IMG/VR virus record: IMGVR_UViG_3300025413_001239
DNA: 64,000 nt
Reading direction: 5' to 3' (one strand)
DNA from: a virus
Taxonomy: Duplodnaviria; Caudoviricetes
This document shows positions 41,045 through 50,821 of the stretch, in pieces. The notes beneath the pieces were generated by a model. That model saw only the letters and a program-made list of their open reading frames with translations. It was not told where the DNA came from and searched no databases. The translations under genes and the position numbers were made by a program. Every line of letters begins with the position of its first letter. Position 1 is the stretch's first letter.

Positions 41045-43719
41045 TGAGATATCAAGAAAGAATATATGAACAAACAAATACCTTTGCTAGAAATAAAAGC
41101 GTTAATATCGTTAATACTAGTTCAGATATTTCTGTATTTTATGCACCACAATTTGATATAAGTGGTGCAACTAAGGTACAATGCGGTGATGTTCAATTTA
41201 CACTTAGTGGATTCCCATATAATTCATATTTAACAGCTGCAACAAATTCATGTATTGGTGTAAATCTACCAATTAGTTGTTTCACGGGTTCTACTTGGAA
41301 TACAAATATATACACAGATAACTCACTAGCTTATAGTGGAACTTTTTATACAAGTAACACAATCACTGGTGTACCAACCGATAATCAATTCGTTCAATCC
41401 GTTCAGGATGGTTTTAATAGTTTAGGTTATCAATACACACTTAGTGGATACACATTTGACTTAGCTAAAATTTATGGTGTTCAAAACGTTAAAATAGACA
41501 TAGATGTTTTCGCTAATTATAACTATGTGGCACCATTTACATGTCCATCAAATTATGTTACAAACCCTAGCAATGATGGTTGTCAACAAGTAAATGTCTA
41601 TACAAATGGACCATCATATAATGGTTCTGGTTCGACAATACAATCTGGTTCCACAGATGCAACATATTGTAGAGATGGTGCTTATTTTTATGATGATATT
41701 GCAAATTTAGGACCATACCCATTATCATATAACCCTAGTGGTAATTTAATTAATAGTACTGGTGGTACAATTACGGCTTTAAATATTAGTAATGGTGTAC
41801 AAAGTAACAGTTTTTGGTATAATTCTGGTAATCCAACAGATGGTAGACTTAATAAAATAGGTTTATCAGCAACAACTAATTCATTTGTTGGTTTCAGTAA
41901 GTGTTTAAATATTCTTAGTGGTGGTACATACTATATTGGCCTTGCTGCCGATAATGATGCTCAATTTAGACTTAATGGTCAATTAATTGTTAATCTTACA
42001 GGTACAACACTACAAAATTTTAAAAGGTGGAGTGTTTTTAAAGTTAATTTACTTTCTGGACAAAACATAATTGAGATGCTTGGTGAGAATCTAGATGCTG
42101 GTTCGGCATCTTCTTTTGGTGCTGAAGTTTATTACCCAACAAATTATGCAACTTTAACTGGTGCTACGACCACTGGTTCAACACAAGCAAATGCAATCTT
42201 TTCAACTAGTAGTTATGTTGGTAAAACTTGGGATATAGGCACTAATTTAGGTTATTCATGTCCAAGTGGTTTTGCTTTAAATACATGTGCAACCGCTTAT
42301 ACGTGTACTCAAATTTTAAGGGCACCTTACTCACAGATATGTACTGGTAATTGTGCTGGTGATGAATTTCAAATATTAAGCCAAGATTTACCATCAATAA
42401 ATAATGCGAGTAATGGTGTTTATATTTTAGACCCAACAACTGGTACAACAATACCATTCACATTTAATTTTACTGGAAATACAAATACATTCATAACTAA
42501 TAATGCAACATTTAATTATGAAATTTATCCATTCAACCCAACTTTAAATTTATTTACTGTACCACCAATTTATTCAAGCTCTAACATATCCTATTCAGCA
42601 TTCTCTGGAACAAATGTTTTAACACAAAGTATAAACTTTAGTGCCTCAAGTGATGGTGATTACTTAGTTAAGGGTTATACAATTGGTGATGCTGGTACAA
42701 AATACTTAAATGCTTTAGGTAAAAAAATAAACACAATGGATTATGTTAGTAGCAAAACATCTAATTTTTATAATCCACAAGTTGATTTTTATTTTGTTGC
42801 AATTTATAATGCTGATACACCTAATTTTACACAATCACAAGCACAATTAATTGATAATGCGACCACTGGTAGTTTAGCATTATCACAACAAGTAATAATT
42901 GTTGGTCAAAATAATAATAACTATACAAATACTGGTAGTACCTTTACATTAACAAATACTTATAATGGTCAACCAATTATTACATTAAATGGTTTAGTTT
43001 TAGCTAGTAGTTATGATTACATACTTAGTGGTCAAGTTTTAACTTTTCTTGGTACTATATTAAATGGTGATGTTATTACAGTAACATATAACACAACTAA
43101 CTCTATTGTTTTAACTTCAGATTCATTATACTTAAACACAACAATACCTAGTGGTAGAACTGGAAATCAAGGCAATAATAAATACTATTATAACACAACA
43201 ACTGGTAAGTATGAAATTTATACACAAAACGTTCCAGTTGTTGGTTCAACAATAATGGTTATACTAAATGGTGTCACATTAGTAAATAATATAGATTATT
43301 ATCAATCCACAACAAACCCAAATAGAATAATCCTTAATGGTATTATTATGAAAGGTGATTTAATTGTAATAATATATAATCCAAAGGCCAGTATTGTTAA
43401 CGGAATTTACCAAAATAATAATATATTAAATTGGTCAATTGCACACGGCCCAATGGGTAATTATGGTCAATTTGATATACAATATAGTAGCAATATTACC
43501 TTTACAACATATACAACTAGTAGTACAATACCTTATAATACTAATGTAACAGCTTATAGTGGTGTTTTATCACTAACTGGTAATGCTGGTACTAATTTAT
43601 ATTATAGGGTTAAAAACACAAAGAGTTACCCATCTAAATGTGGTGACCCAATAGTTAGTGTTGCTTATAGTGAAACAGTACCAATAACAATTTTAAGTAA
43701 TGGATTAAATAGTTACTAA
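41044..43719 (+). CDS. Tail-fibre/adhesin-like protein (Cys modules, PA14/lectin-like domain, NG..L..DY repeats, FN3-like end)
   Basis: YYIGLAADNDAQFRLNGQLI resembles PA14/galactose-binding folds. Paired repeats ITLNGLVLASSYDY and VILNGVTLVNNIDY. Confidence 0.5.
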   Translation: MRYQERIYEQTNTFARNKSVNIVNTSSDISVFYAPQFDISGATKVQCGDVQFTLSGFPYNSYLTAATNSCIGVNLPISCFTGSTWNTNIYTDNSLAYSGTFYTSNTITGVPTDNQFVQSVQDGFNSLGYQYTLSGYTFDLAKIYGVQNVKIDIDVFANYNYVAPFTCPSNYVTNPSNDGCQQVNVYTNGPSYNGSGSTIQSGSTDATYCRDGAYFYDDIANLGPYPLSYNPSGNLINSTGGTITALNISNGVQSNSFWYNSGNPTDGRLNKIGLSATTNSFVGFSKCLNILSGGTYYIGLAADNDAQFRLNGQLIVNLTGTTLQNFKRWSVFKVNLLSGQNIIEMLGENLDAGSASSFGAEVYYPTNYATLTGATTTGSTQANAIFSTSSYVGKTWDIGTNLGYSCPSGFALNTCATAYTCTQILRAPYSQICTGNCAGDEFQILSQDLPSINNASNGVYILDPTTGTTIPFTFNFTGNTNTFITNNATFNYEIYPFNPTLNLFTVPPIYSSSNISYSAFSGTNVLTQSINFSASSDGDYLVKGYTIGDAGTKYLNALGKKINTMDYVSSKTSNFYNPQVDFYFVAIYNADTPNFTQSQAQLIDNATTGSLALSQQVIIVGQNNNNYTNTGSTFTLTNTYNGQPIITLNGLVLASSYDYILSGQVLTFLGTILNGDVITVTYNTTNSIVLTSDSLYLNTTIPSGRTGNQGNNKYYYNTTTGKYEIYTQNVPVVGSTIMVILNGVTLVNNIDYYQSTTNPNRIILNGIIMKGDLIVIIYNPKASIVNGIYQNNNILNWSIAHGPMGNYGQFDIQYSSNITFTTYTTSSTIPYNTNVTAYSGVLSLTGNAGTNLYYRVKNTKSYPSKCGDPIVSVAYSETVPITILSNGLNSY

Positions 43720-43745
43720 TATTTACAAATAAACAAAAACAAATA

Positions 43746-43753
43746 TATTTATA
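43746..43753 (+). promoter_or_regulatory. Putative late-promoter motif TATTTATA
   Basis: 16 nt upstream of the ATG at 43770. Confidence 0.5.
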
Positions 43754-43769
43754 ATAAAAAAGAATAGTT

Positions 43770-45926
43770 ATGTCATATATAATACCAAGTACTTCACCAT
43801 TTGTTTCAATTAAATTAACCGATGTTGGACGTTCACAACTAGCACAAGGTCAATTAACTTTTTCATCTTGGGCGATTGGTGATTCAGAATTAGATTATAG
43901 TAGAGAAGCATTAGTTAACGCAAACCCAAGTGACCCAATTCTATCATTACCTTCTAAAGTTTTTAGGACTTTTGATTTACAACCAAATATTAAATCTTTT
44001 ATCACAACAGAAGGTGGTTCAAATTTAAATCCTATAACATCGGCAAACTTAAATGTTGTCGTTGCAACTGTTAATAATCAAGCCACAGAAAGAGGATTCT
44101 TTGTAAATAATACGACATACTACTCAACACAAACTGGTTCACCATATACCCTTGATGTTACAACTATACCAAATTCTGGAATAACTGGTGGTACTTCTGT
44201 TATTGTGAATTATGGTTTAAATATTTCAACTGGTAATTTTGTTAGACTTAAATTATCAACTAATATCGGTACAGCACAATATGATTCATTAACAAGAAAT
44301 ACGCACCCAGCTGCAAATCTATGGTATAAGATTCAATCAACTGGTATTACAAATACTGGTAATGTTATTTTAAATTTAGATAGAACTTTACCTAATTTTT
44401 CAATATATAGTGGTAATTCATTTGCTTATTTTTACCCTAATGGTGAAGTTGCTGATACTTTTGGTAGTTCAAATTCAACAGCTTATTGGGATAGTGGTAC
44501 ACTTTCTTTTGATTCAGCAACAAACATTACATGTTCAGATGTTAAAGTTTGGAATATGAATAATGTTTGGACTGAAAATTTAGCTGGTGTAACTGGTCTT
44601 TCAACAACTCAATTATATGAAGACTATACTAGGTTTGGTTCATATACATATACTGGAACTAAAAACCCATATTTAGAGTATTTAACAGTTACTAGTAATT
44701 CAACAACTAATTCGATTAACTGTAATGGTATAGGTAATAGTTATTTAGATACTATCAGTAAATCATTATCAATAATACATTACACAAATAATACGATTTC
44801 TAATTTATACGGTGACTTCTTTTTTATTGACACTATAAATAATAAAGTTGTTAATATTACAATACCAGATTTAATGTACCATAATATTGGATACAGTTCT
44901 GCCTCTGGTAAAACAATGGGAATGTCATTTGTATCTAGTGGTACAACACAAACGATTGGGAATAGCGATATCCAATATATGACATTAATCGAAAACCCAA
45001 CCTATCTTAGCGGTTCATCAGCACCACAAGTTGTTGGTAAAGTTTTCCCACAATTAAAAATGGTTGTAATTGATAATGATGAAATTGTCGCCGCATTATC
45101 CTATAAGTCAAATAGAAACTGGACACTTCCACCATTAGCGGCCACACTTACAGCACCAGTTGGTGCCACAGGCGTATTAGGAATTGGTGAAACAATGTAC
45201 TTAACATATGCACTAGATAATACTTCTGGAAGTGGATATACACCAACATTACCATGTCAATCCTACATAAAGATTACAAATAGTACTACAACATCAAGAG
45301 ACGTACAATTTCATATTTCACAACAAGGTTTATTACCTTATATGAGAAAAATTGAAAATGCTGGATATGATGGTTTAGGTTTTTATGCAACAAACTTTAA
45401 GTTGGTTTATCAAATGATTGATGACCCTAATGCAAGACCTGACCCAGCAATGTGGCAAGTTTACGATTTCACATCAACAGCAATTACTAGTGTTGCAGGT
45501 CAAACAATTGACCCAATATTATTAGAAAATCCAATACCGTTAGCTAATGGTTTTATATTAACCGCAGCAATTAATACGGCATCAACGACTTATGATATAA
45601 CGCAAAGTCTAGGTATGGCACCAAATTCTAATTCAAATATTTTACAATTTGGTGATGAAAGATTCTTCTATGGTAATTTAACAACATATATTGGTTCAAA
45701 TATATATAAAACAATATTTGATATTAGCATAAATTCAGCACAATTTTCTGAAACTACGAATCCTACTAGAAGTAAGCTACCATCAACTAATCCACCACCA
45801 ATTGAAGTTTCTGAAGTTGGTATATATGATAATAACAATAATTTGGTTGTAATTGGTAAATTAAGCGAACCAGTACAATTAACTAAAAACGATACAGTAA
45901 TGTTCGAATTGTCGCTAGATTTCTAA
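43770..45926 (+). CDS. Tail-fibre attachment-type protein (DUF3751 / P2 gpH-N-like termini with a large insert)
   Basis: N-terminal LTDVGRSQLAQG...WAIGDSELDY and C-terminal VSEVGIYDNNNNLVVIGKL...LDF. Confidence 0.55.
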   Translation: MSYIIPSTSPFVSIKLTDVGRSQLAQGQLTFSSWAIGDSELDYSREALVNANPSDPILSLPSKVFRTFDLQPNIKSFITTEGGSNLNPITSANLNVVVATVNNQATERGFFVNNTTYYSTQTGSPYTLDVTTIPNSGITGGTSVIVNYGLNISTGNFVRLKLSTNIGTAQYDSLTRNTHPAANLWYKIQSTGITNTGNVILNLDRTLPNFSIYSGNSFAYFYPNGEVADTFGSSNSTAYWDSGTLSFDSATNITCSDVKVWNMNNVWTENLAGVTGLSTTQLYEDYTRFGSYTYTGTKNPYLEYLTVTSNSTTNSINCNGIGNSYLDTISKSLSIIHYTNNTISNLYGDFFFIDTINNKVVNITIPDLMYHNIGYSSASGKTMGMSFVSSGTTQTIGNSDIQYMTLIENPTYLSGSSAPQVVGKVFPQLKMVVIDNDEIVAALSYKSNRNWTLPPLAATLTAPVGATGVLGIGETMYLTYALDNTSGSGYTPTLPCQSYIKITNSTTTSRDVQFHISQQGLLPYMRKIENAGYDGLGFYATNFKLVYQMIDDPNARPDPAMWQVYDFTSTAITSVAGQTIDPILLENPIPLANGFILTAAINTASTTYDITQSLGMAPNSNSNILQFGDERFFYGNLTTYIGSNIYKTIFDISINSAQFSETTNPTRSKLPSTNPPPIEVSEVGIYDNNNNLVVIGKLSEPVQLTKNDTVMFELSLDF

Positions 45927-45939
45927 ATAAATTAATAAC

Positions 45940-47133
45940 ATGGGATATAATAATAGTTCAACAAATTTAAGTTTAAACGCAAAATTAACACCGTTAGGTA
46001 GACAAAAAATAATAACTAATGATAATGGTCTTATAACTTATTTTAGTCTTGGTGATTCTGATGCAAACTATAACGCAGCACTACCATTAGTGTCTGGTCA
46101 AGTACCAACATCTGGTGGTAATATAGGTGCAAATTCATCATCAACCAACAGTGTTGGTTTTAACTATATGATAAATAGCATGCTTATAGTTGATTCTACT
46201 GGTGCGACACAAAAAATGGTTGAACCACAATCTTCTGGTGTTACATTAACTTATAATTCAGTTGGTTTTAACACAATTACTTCTAATAATTTAACAACAA
46301 ATATTATTAATAGAAATAATAATAACACCGACCCATTAGTTAATTTATATTATAGCTTTAATTTATCATTAAATTCTACAAGTGATACAACATTAACTGG
46401 CGTAACATCAGCTGATGGTGGTTACTCAGATACAGCATTAAGTGGTTTAGCGGTATCAAATATTTTAGCAATTGGAATTAATAATTCACAATATGGTGAA
46501 ATGCTTGACGGTAAAGCAATTAGACTTACCCTAAATACACCATCCACAGCATTTACTATTTATAGTACTTTTGAAAATATAAATATTCCATTAGCTACTC
46601 AAGATGCTAATTATTCAGACCCATCAAATGATGCCGAATTATTTGGTAATATTGCATTTTTAGTTTCTGATAATATTATGAAACCTAATGGTGGTAATTC
46701 ATCATTAAGTTGGGCAACTGGTTTTAATACGGTAAAACCATTTAGTGTTAATAATAAGAGTCTTTTAAATAGAAGCACAAATACCAATATAAATTTAACT
46801 GCGGATACTATTGTTGGTATTGCTTATTTAGATAAGGGCTTTTTGGTTATTACACACCCAACAATAGTTAATAGTTTTAGTGCTGTAACATCAACAACGG
46901 TTAGTTTTAATAGTGTTTCAACATCTGTTCAGCAAAATATCACATGCATAGCTGGTAGAGGTGAATTTGGTGCTTCAAATAATACAACATTTACTATTGC
47001 GGATACACCTAGAATTACCGAAGTTGGGTTATATGATTTAGAAAATAATCTGATAGCTATAGCAAAAACAGATAGACAATTAGTTAAAAATACCAACGAT
47101 TTCTTTGCGTTATCAATAAATTTAACATTATAA
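45940..47133 (+). CDS. Paralogous tail-fibre attachment-type protein (DUF3751-like termini)
   Basis: N-terminal LTPLGRQKII...FSLGDSDANY and C-terminal ITEVGLYDLENNLIAIAK. Confidence 0.55.
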   Translation: MGYNNSSTNLSLNAKLTPLGRQKIITNDNGLITYFSLGDSDANYNAALPLVSGQVPTSGGNIGANSSSTNSVGFNYMINSMLIVDSTGATQKMVEPQSSGVTLTYNSVGFNTITSNNLTTNIINRNNNNTDPLVNLYYSFNLSLNSTSDTTLTGVTSADGGYSDTALSGLAVSNILAIGINNSQYGEMLDGKAIRLTLNTPSTAFTIYSTFENINIPLATQDANYSDPSNDAELFGNIAFLVSDNIMKPNGGNSSLSWATGFNTVKPFSVNNKSLLNRSTNTNINLTADTIVGIAYLDKGFLVITHPTIVNSFSAVTSTTVSFNSVSTSVQQNITCIAGRGEFGASNNTTFTIADTPRITEVGLYDLENNLIAIAKTDRQLVKNTNDFFALSINLTL

Positions 47134-47175
47134 ACTTTATTTTTTTAAATAAGGTTTTATATTGACTTAAAAATT

Positions 47176-47829
47176 ATGCAAGAAAATATAAATGAAAACA
47201 ATCTAATTCTTGGTTTAGATGTTTCAACTAAAACAATTGGTATAGCTCTTTTTGAAGATAAAGACGGTAAAGGTGATTTAAAATTATTACATCATGTAAC
47301 CCCAAAAGTGAAACTTGAAAAAGATTCAAAAATGGAAGAGTTATTTGAGAAAGCAAGAATTTTTGAAAAAGAATTCTTAAATGATTATGCCGATATGGGT
47401 ATAACTAGGGTTATTATTGAAGAACCTCTACTTCAGTCAAATAATGTTTACACAGTAGCAACACTTCTTAGATTTAATGGTATGATAGCTAGGTCGGTTT
47501 ATGAAACCCTTAATATTGTACCAGATTTTATTTCATCAAATGATGCAAGAAGATATGCTTTCCCACAACTATTAGCTGTTAGAACAACCAAAAAAGATGG
47601 AACAAAAAAATTAGATAAAGAAATTTCTAAGGGTACACCAGTATTATTTGGTGGTCATGATTTTGATGCTGATAAAAAGATGATTATTTGGGAACTAGTA
47701 TCCGACCTTGAACCACAAATTGGTTGGCTTTACGACAAGAAAAACAAATTAAAAAAAGAAAACTTTGATATGGCTGATGCTTTTTGTTCAGTACTTGGTT
47801 ACATGAAAAGAGAAGGACTGTGGAAATAA
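47176..47829 (+). CDS. ruvC: RuvC-like Holliday junction resolvase
   Basis: ILGLDVSTKTIG (D), VIIEEP (E) and FDMADA (DxxD) form the RNase H-fold catalytic set. Confidence 0.85.
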   Translation: MQENINENNLILGLDVSTKTIGIALFEDKDGKGDLKLLHHVTPKVKLEKDSKMEELFEKARIFEKEFLNDYADMGITRVIIEEPLLQSNNVYTVATLLRFNGMIARSVYETLNIVPDFISSNDARRYAFPQLLAVRTTKKDGTKKLDKEISKGTPVLFGGHDFDADKKMIIWELVSDLEPQIGWLYDKKNKLKKENFDMADAFCSVLGYMKREGLWK

Positions 47830-47868
47830 AAATACGCAAGTAAAAGAATCTTTTCTCACATTTTCGTA

Positions 47869-47876
47869 TATTTATA
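47869..47876 (+). promoter_or_regulatory. Putative late-promoter motif TATTTATA for the homing endonuclease
   Basis: ttcgtaTATTTATAatat immediately precedes the ATG at 47881. Confidence 0.5.
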
Positions 47877-47880
47877 ATAT

Positions 47881-48669
47881 ATGGAAAATAAATTTTTAAG
47901 AATTTTAAGTAAAGAACCAATTTGTTGCGTGTATTCAGTAACTAATAAAATAAATGGTAAGATTTATATTGGCCAATCAATTGATGTTGAACGCAGATGG
48001 TCTCAACATAAATATGGTAAAGGTAATTTAATATTAAAAAATGCTATAAAAAAATATGGTATTGATAATTTTGAATTTACAATTTTAGAGAAAGTTGATA
48101 TTGATAATAAAAGTAAAAATGATATTATTGAACTATTAACAATCATAGAACAAAAATGGTTTGATTTAAAAAAACCTTACTTAAAGGAAAATGGTTATAA
48201 TATTCAAAAGACATCCAAACCAAATTTAACACCTAATAAAGATTATAATTTTGGTCAAAAAATAAGTAAAATTAAAATCGACAATAACCATACTGGTAAA
48301 CCTTTAAATCAATATAATTTAAACGGTGATTTAATAAAAGAATGGAAATCAGCGGCTGAAATTGAAAGAGTCTTGGGGTTTAATGCTGAAAATATATCAG
48401 CATGTTGTTTAGGTAAAAGTAAAACATCAAATGGCTTTATTTGGAAATTTGTTGGTATTAAATTAACTGAACTTGAAATAATTAATTCAAAAGTTAAAAT
48501 AAGAAAAAAGAAAAAAGTTGCAAAATATTCATTAACTGGTGAATTAATTGAAGTATTCGATTCATTAATAGATGCAGCTAAAAATGTTGGTTGTCCACAA
48601 TATCAAATTTCAAAAGTTTGTACTGGTGTACAAAAAACATGTAGAAATTATAAATGGGTTTTTATATAA
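47881..48669 (+). CDS. GIY-YIG homing endonuclease with two NUMOD1/IENR1-like DNA-binding repeats
   Basis: CVYSVTNKINGKIYIGQS...RRWSQH, IEQKW, GYNI. Two repeats: QYNLNGDLIKEWKSAAE...FIWKF and KYSLTGELIEVFDS...YKWVF. Confidence 0.92.
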   Translation: MENKFLRILSKEPICCVYSVTNKINGKIYIGQSIDVERRWSQHKYGKGNLILKNAIKKYGIDNFEFTILEKVDIDNKSKNDIIELLTIIEQKWFDLKKPYLKENGYNIQKTSKPNLTPNKDYNFGQKISKIKIDNNHTGKPLNQYNLNGDLIKEWKSAAEIERVLGFNAENISACCLGKSKTSNGFIWKFVGIKLTELEIINSKVKIRKKKKVAKYSLTGELIEVFDSLIDAAKNVGCPQYQISKVCTGVQKTCRNYKWVFI

Positions 48670-48679
48670 TAAATCGGTT

Positions 48680-48739
48680 ATGGCTGATGCACTAACGTGT
48701 GTTGTTGGATATATGCGTAAAAATAATTTTTGGAAATAA
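48680..48739 (+). pseudogene. Displaced second copy of the ruvC 3' end (MADALTCVVGYMRKNNFWK*)
   Basis: Exactly 60 nt, matching 47770-47829 (MADAFCSVLGYMKREGLWK*). 10 of 19 aa are identical and the stop is at the same position. Confidence 0.85.
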
Positions 48740-48740
48740 T

Positions 48741-48771
48741 TTGTTTTTATTTATTATTTCCCGTAACTTTG
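48741..48771 (+). promoter_or_regulatory. Bacteroidota-type promoter (TTG-N20-TAACTTTG)
   Basis: TTG at 48741-48743, TAACTTTG at 48764-48771, GTG start 4 nt downstream. Confidence 0.7.
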
Positions 48772-48775
48772 CCTT

Positions 48776-49744
48776 GTGGCATACTTAATAGATATATTTG
48801 AATCATTTTTAGGTGAATACAGAAAGTATAACGAAGATTCTCAGCAGGCATCTTTCGATTGTCCCTCATGTTCAATCGATAAAGGTATGCCAGATGGTGA
48901 TGGTAAAGGCAACCTAGAATTAAATTACCAAAAAAACGTATTTAAATGCTGGGTATGTAAGGACACTCACTATATGAGTGGTTCCATCATAAAATTAATT
49001 AAAAAATACGGTTCTGAAAAAAATCTAAGAGATTATAAACTCTTTAGACCAGATGCTTTTATAACTAATGAAGATAAAGAACACATTAGTATAACCCTAC
49101 CCGAAGGATATAAAAAATTATCCGAATGCAATTCAAAAGACTTTAAGTCAACATTAGCCCTAAATTACTTAAAAGAACGTAATATAACCGATGATATTAT
49201 CAAAAAATTTGATATAGGTTATACTTATAGGGGTAAATTTTTTAATAGAATCATAATACCATCATATGATGAGGATGGTGTATTAAATTACTTTATAGCT
49301 AGATGGTTTGATAAACAATACGGTGCTATGAAGTATTTAAACCCAACCGTTGAAAAACAATCAATTATCTTTAATGAACAAAAGATAAATTGGGATGCGA
49401 ATATCTACTTAGTAGAAGGTGTTACCGACCATATTGTGGTACCAAATTCAATTCCAATGTTAGGGAAATTTATATCCCCAAATTTACATTATAAATTATA
49501 CGAAAAAGCCAAAGCAAATATTATTATTCTATTGGATGGTGATGCTGTTGATGATGCGATTAATTTGTATAAAAAACTTGATTTTGGTGATTTAACTGGT
49601 AGGATAAGAATTTGTTTCCCACCAGAAGATTATGACCCAAGTCTTATTAATGAAAAATTTGGTAAACGTGGAATAATTAAACTTTTAAGCTATTCTGATA
49701 AGCTTGAAAAAGCTATCCAACTTGAAATACTTGGAAGTAAGTAA
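48776..49744 (+). CDS. DNA primase (Zn finger + TOPRIM)
   Basis: CPSC...FKCWVC zinc finger, NRIIIPSYD, KYLNP, YLVEGVTD, LLDGDA. GTG start. Confidence 0.9.
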   Translation: MAYLIDIFESFLGEYRKYNEDSQQASFDCPSCSIDKGMPDGDGKGNLELNYQKNVFKCWVCKDTHYMSGSIIKLIKKYGSEKNLRDYKLFRPDAFITNEDKEHISITLPEGYKKLSECNSKDFKSTLALNYLKERNITDDIIKKFDIGYTYRGKFFNRIIIPSYDEDGVLNYFIARWFDKQYGAMKYLNPTVEKQSIIFNEQKINWDANIYLVEGVTDHIVVPNSIPMLGKFISPNLHYKLYEKAKANIIILLDGDAVDDAINLYKKLDFGDLTGRIRICFPPEDYDPSLINEKFGKRGIIKLLSYSDKLEKAIQLEILGSK

Positions 49745-49761
49745 AAAATTTCGTATATTTG
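49731..49761 (+). promoter_or_regulatory. Bacteroidota-type promoter (TTG-N20-TATATTTG)
   Basis: TTG at 49731-49733 and TATATTTG at 49754-49761. Confidence 0.7.
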
Positions 49762-49777
49762 CAATAAATTTAAATAA

Positions 49778-50560
49778 ATGAGTAATGCAAAAGTTTGGGA
49801 TTCGATAATTTATCTTGAACCCATTCAACACAAATACCACCATAGAGTAACTGGTAAAATTTATAAATCAGTTACCACAACCCTTTCGTCAATAGAACCA
49901 CACTTTGATGCTGAGGCTGTATCGTTAGCTATAACTAAACAATTAGATACCGTTAAGCAAGAAAGATACATCGGTATGAGCCAACAACAAATTCTTGATT
50001 ATTGGCAAATGCTTAATGATGAAGCTAATGAGTATGGAACAAAGGTCCATAACATTATGGAAAATTACTTATTAGCCAATAAATGGTATTTTCCAAAGGA
50101 TGATGAAGAAGGTAGATTTGAACAAAGAGTTATTGATTCATTTAATGAGTTAAAAATCGATGAAGGTCAAACTATGTGGCCAGAAAGAATCCTCTTCAGT
50201 GAACAATATGAATTGGCTGGTATGAGTGATTTAATTGTTGATATTGATGATGTTTTTTTTGATATTGGTGATTATAAAACAAATAGGGTTTTTAATTTTT
50301 ATAACCCATACGGTTACGAAACCCTACACCCACCTTTCCAATATATGCAAAACTGTCAATGGAGCATTTATACACTTCAATTATCTGTTTATGCTAGAAT
50401 GTATGAATTAGAATTCCCTAAACGTAAGTGTAGGCAAATCTATGTTATGTATTGGGATAAGGAAAAAATGACGTTCCAAAAAATACAAATAATGTATATG
50501 AGATTAGAAGCACAGAAGCTAATCGAAATGCACCACTATAACTTAATGAAATCGATTTAA
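49778..50560 (+). CDS. PD-(D/E)xK family exonuclease (RecB/lambda-exonuclease-like)
   Basis: SVTTTL, YGTKVHNIME, AGMSDLIVD...IGDYKTN, YTLQLSVYA. Confidence 0.8.
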   Translation: MSNAKVWDSIIYLEPIQHKYHHRVTGKIYKSVTTTLSSIEPHFDAEAVSLAITKQLDTVKQERYIGMSQQQILDYWQMLNDEANEYGTKVHNIMENYLLANKWYFPKDDEEGRFEQRVIDSFNELKIDEGQTMWPERILFSEQYELAGMSDLIVDIDDVFFDIGDYKTNRVFNFYNPYGYETLHPPFQYMQNCQWSIYTLQLSVYARMYELEFPKRKCRQIYVMYWDKEKMTFQKIQIMYMRLEAQKLIEMHHYNLMKSI

Positions 50561-50563
50561 ACT

Positions 50564-50821
50564 ATGATAAAAAACAATAACCCTATTCTTGGTGAGGTTA
50601 AAGAAGAAAAAATAATTGATAATAGAGGTGTTAGATATGACCCTTTTAATTTAAATGAAAATACACCAATGTTTAACCCAATTTCATTAAAATTAGTTAA
50701 TGAATGGAAGGATGGTTTTTATTTACATGATGATTTGATACATGGTTTAGAAAAACAAACATTAATGCGTGTTGTAAATAATGAAATAGTTGAATTTTAT
50801 AAATTAGAGAAAGTAAAATGA
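50564..50821 (+). CDS. Hypothetical protein
   Basis: 85-aa ORF coupled to both neighbours. Confidence 0.5.
   Translation: MIKNNNPILGEVKEEKIIDNRGVRYDPFNLNENTPMFNPISLKLVNEWKDGFYLHDDLIHGLEKQTLMRVVNNEIVEFYKLEKVK

Larger units (their letters stand above)
47769..48690 (+). mobile_element. Homing endonuclease cassette bounded by a 12-nt direct repeat (TATGGCTGATGC), 910-nt period
   Basis: The repeat occurs at 47769-47780 and 48679-48690. The cassette holds the current ruvC 3' end, a late-type motif and the GIY-YIG ORF. Confidence 0.8.

Noticed and set aside
36289-47133. Diversity-generating retroelement or invertible tail-fibre switch
   Set aside because: No reverse transcriptase or invertase is present, and I saw no TR/VR-like adenine-variant repeat pair or inverted repeats. 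The paralogues share only protein-level terminal motifs.
1081-47133. Bacterial contractile injection system or tailocin locus
   Set aside because: The tail genes are interleaved with T4-like gp32, UvsX, helicase, primase, gp46/47 and RNR genes, which indicates a lytic phage genome.
47830-48679. Group I intron interrupting ruvC
   Set aside because: Only about 50 nt precede and 10 nt follow the endonuclease ORF, too little for a ribozyme core, and ruvC is already complete upstream.
49778-50560. Cas4
   Set aside because: PD-(D/E)xK motifs are present, but the four-Cys Fe-S cluster pattern is not.
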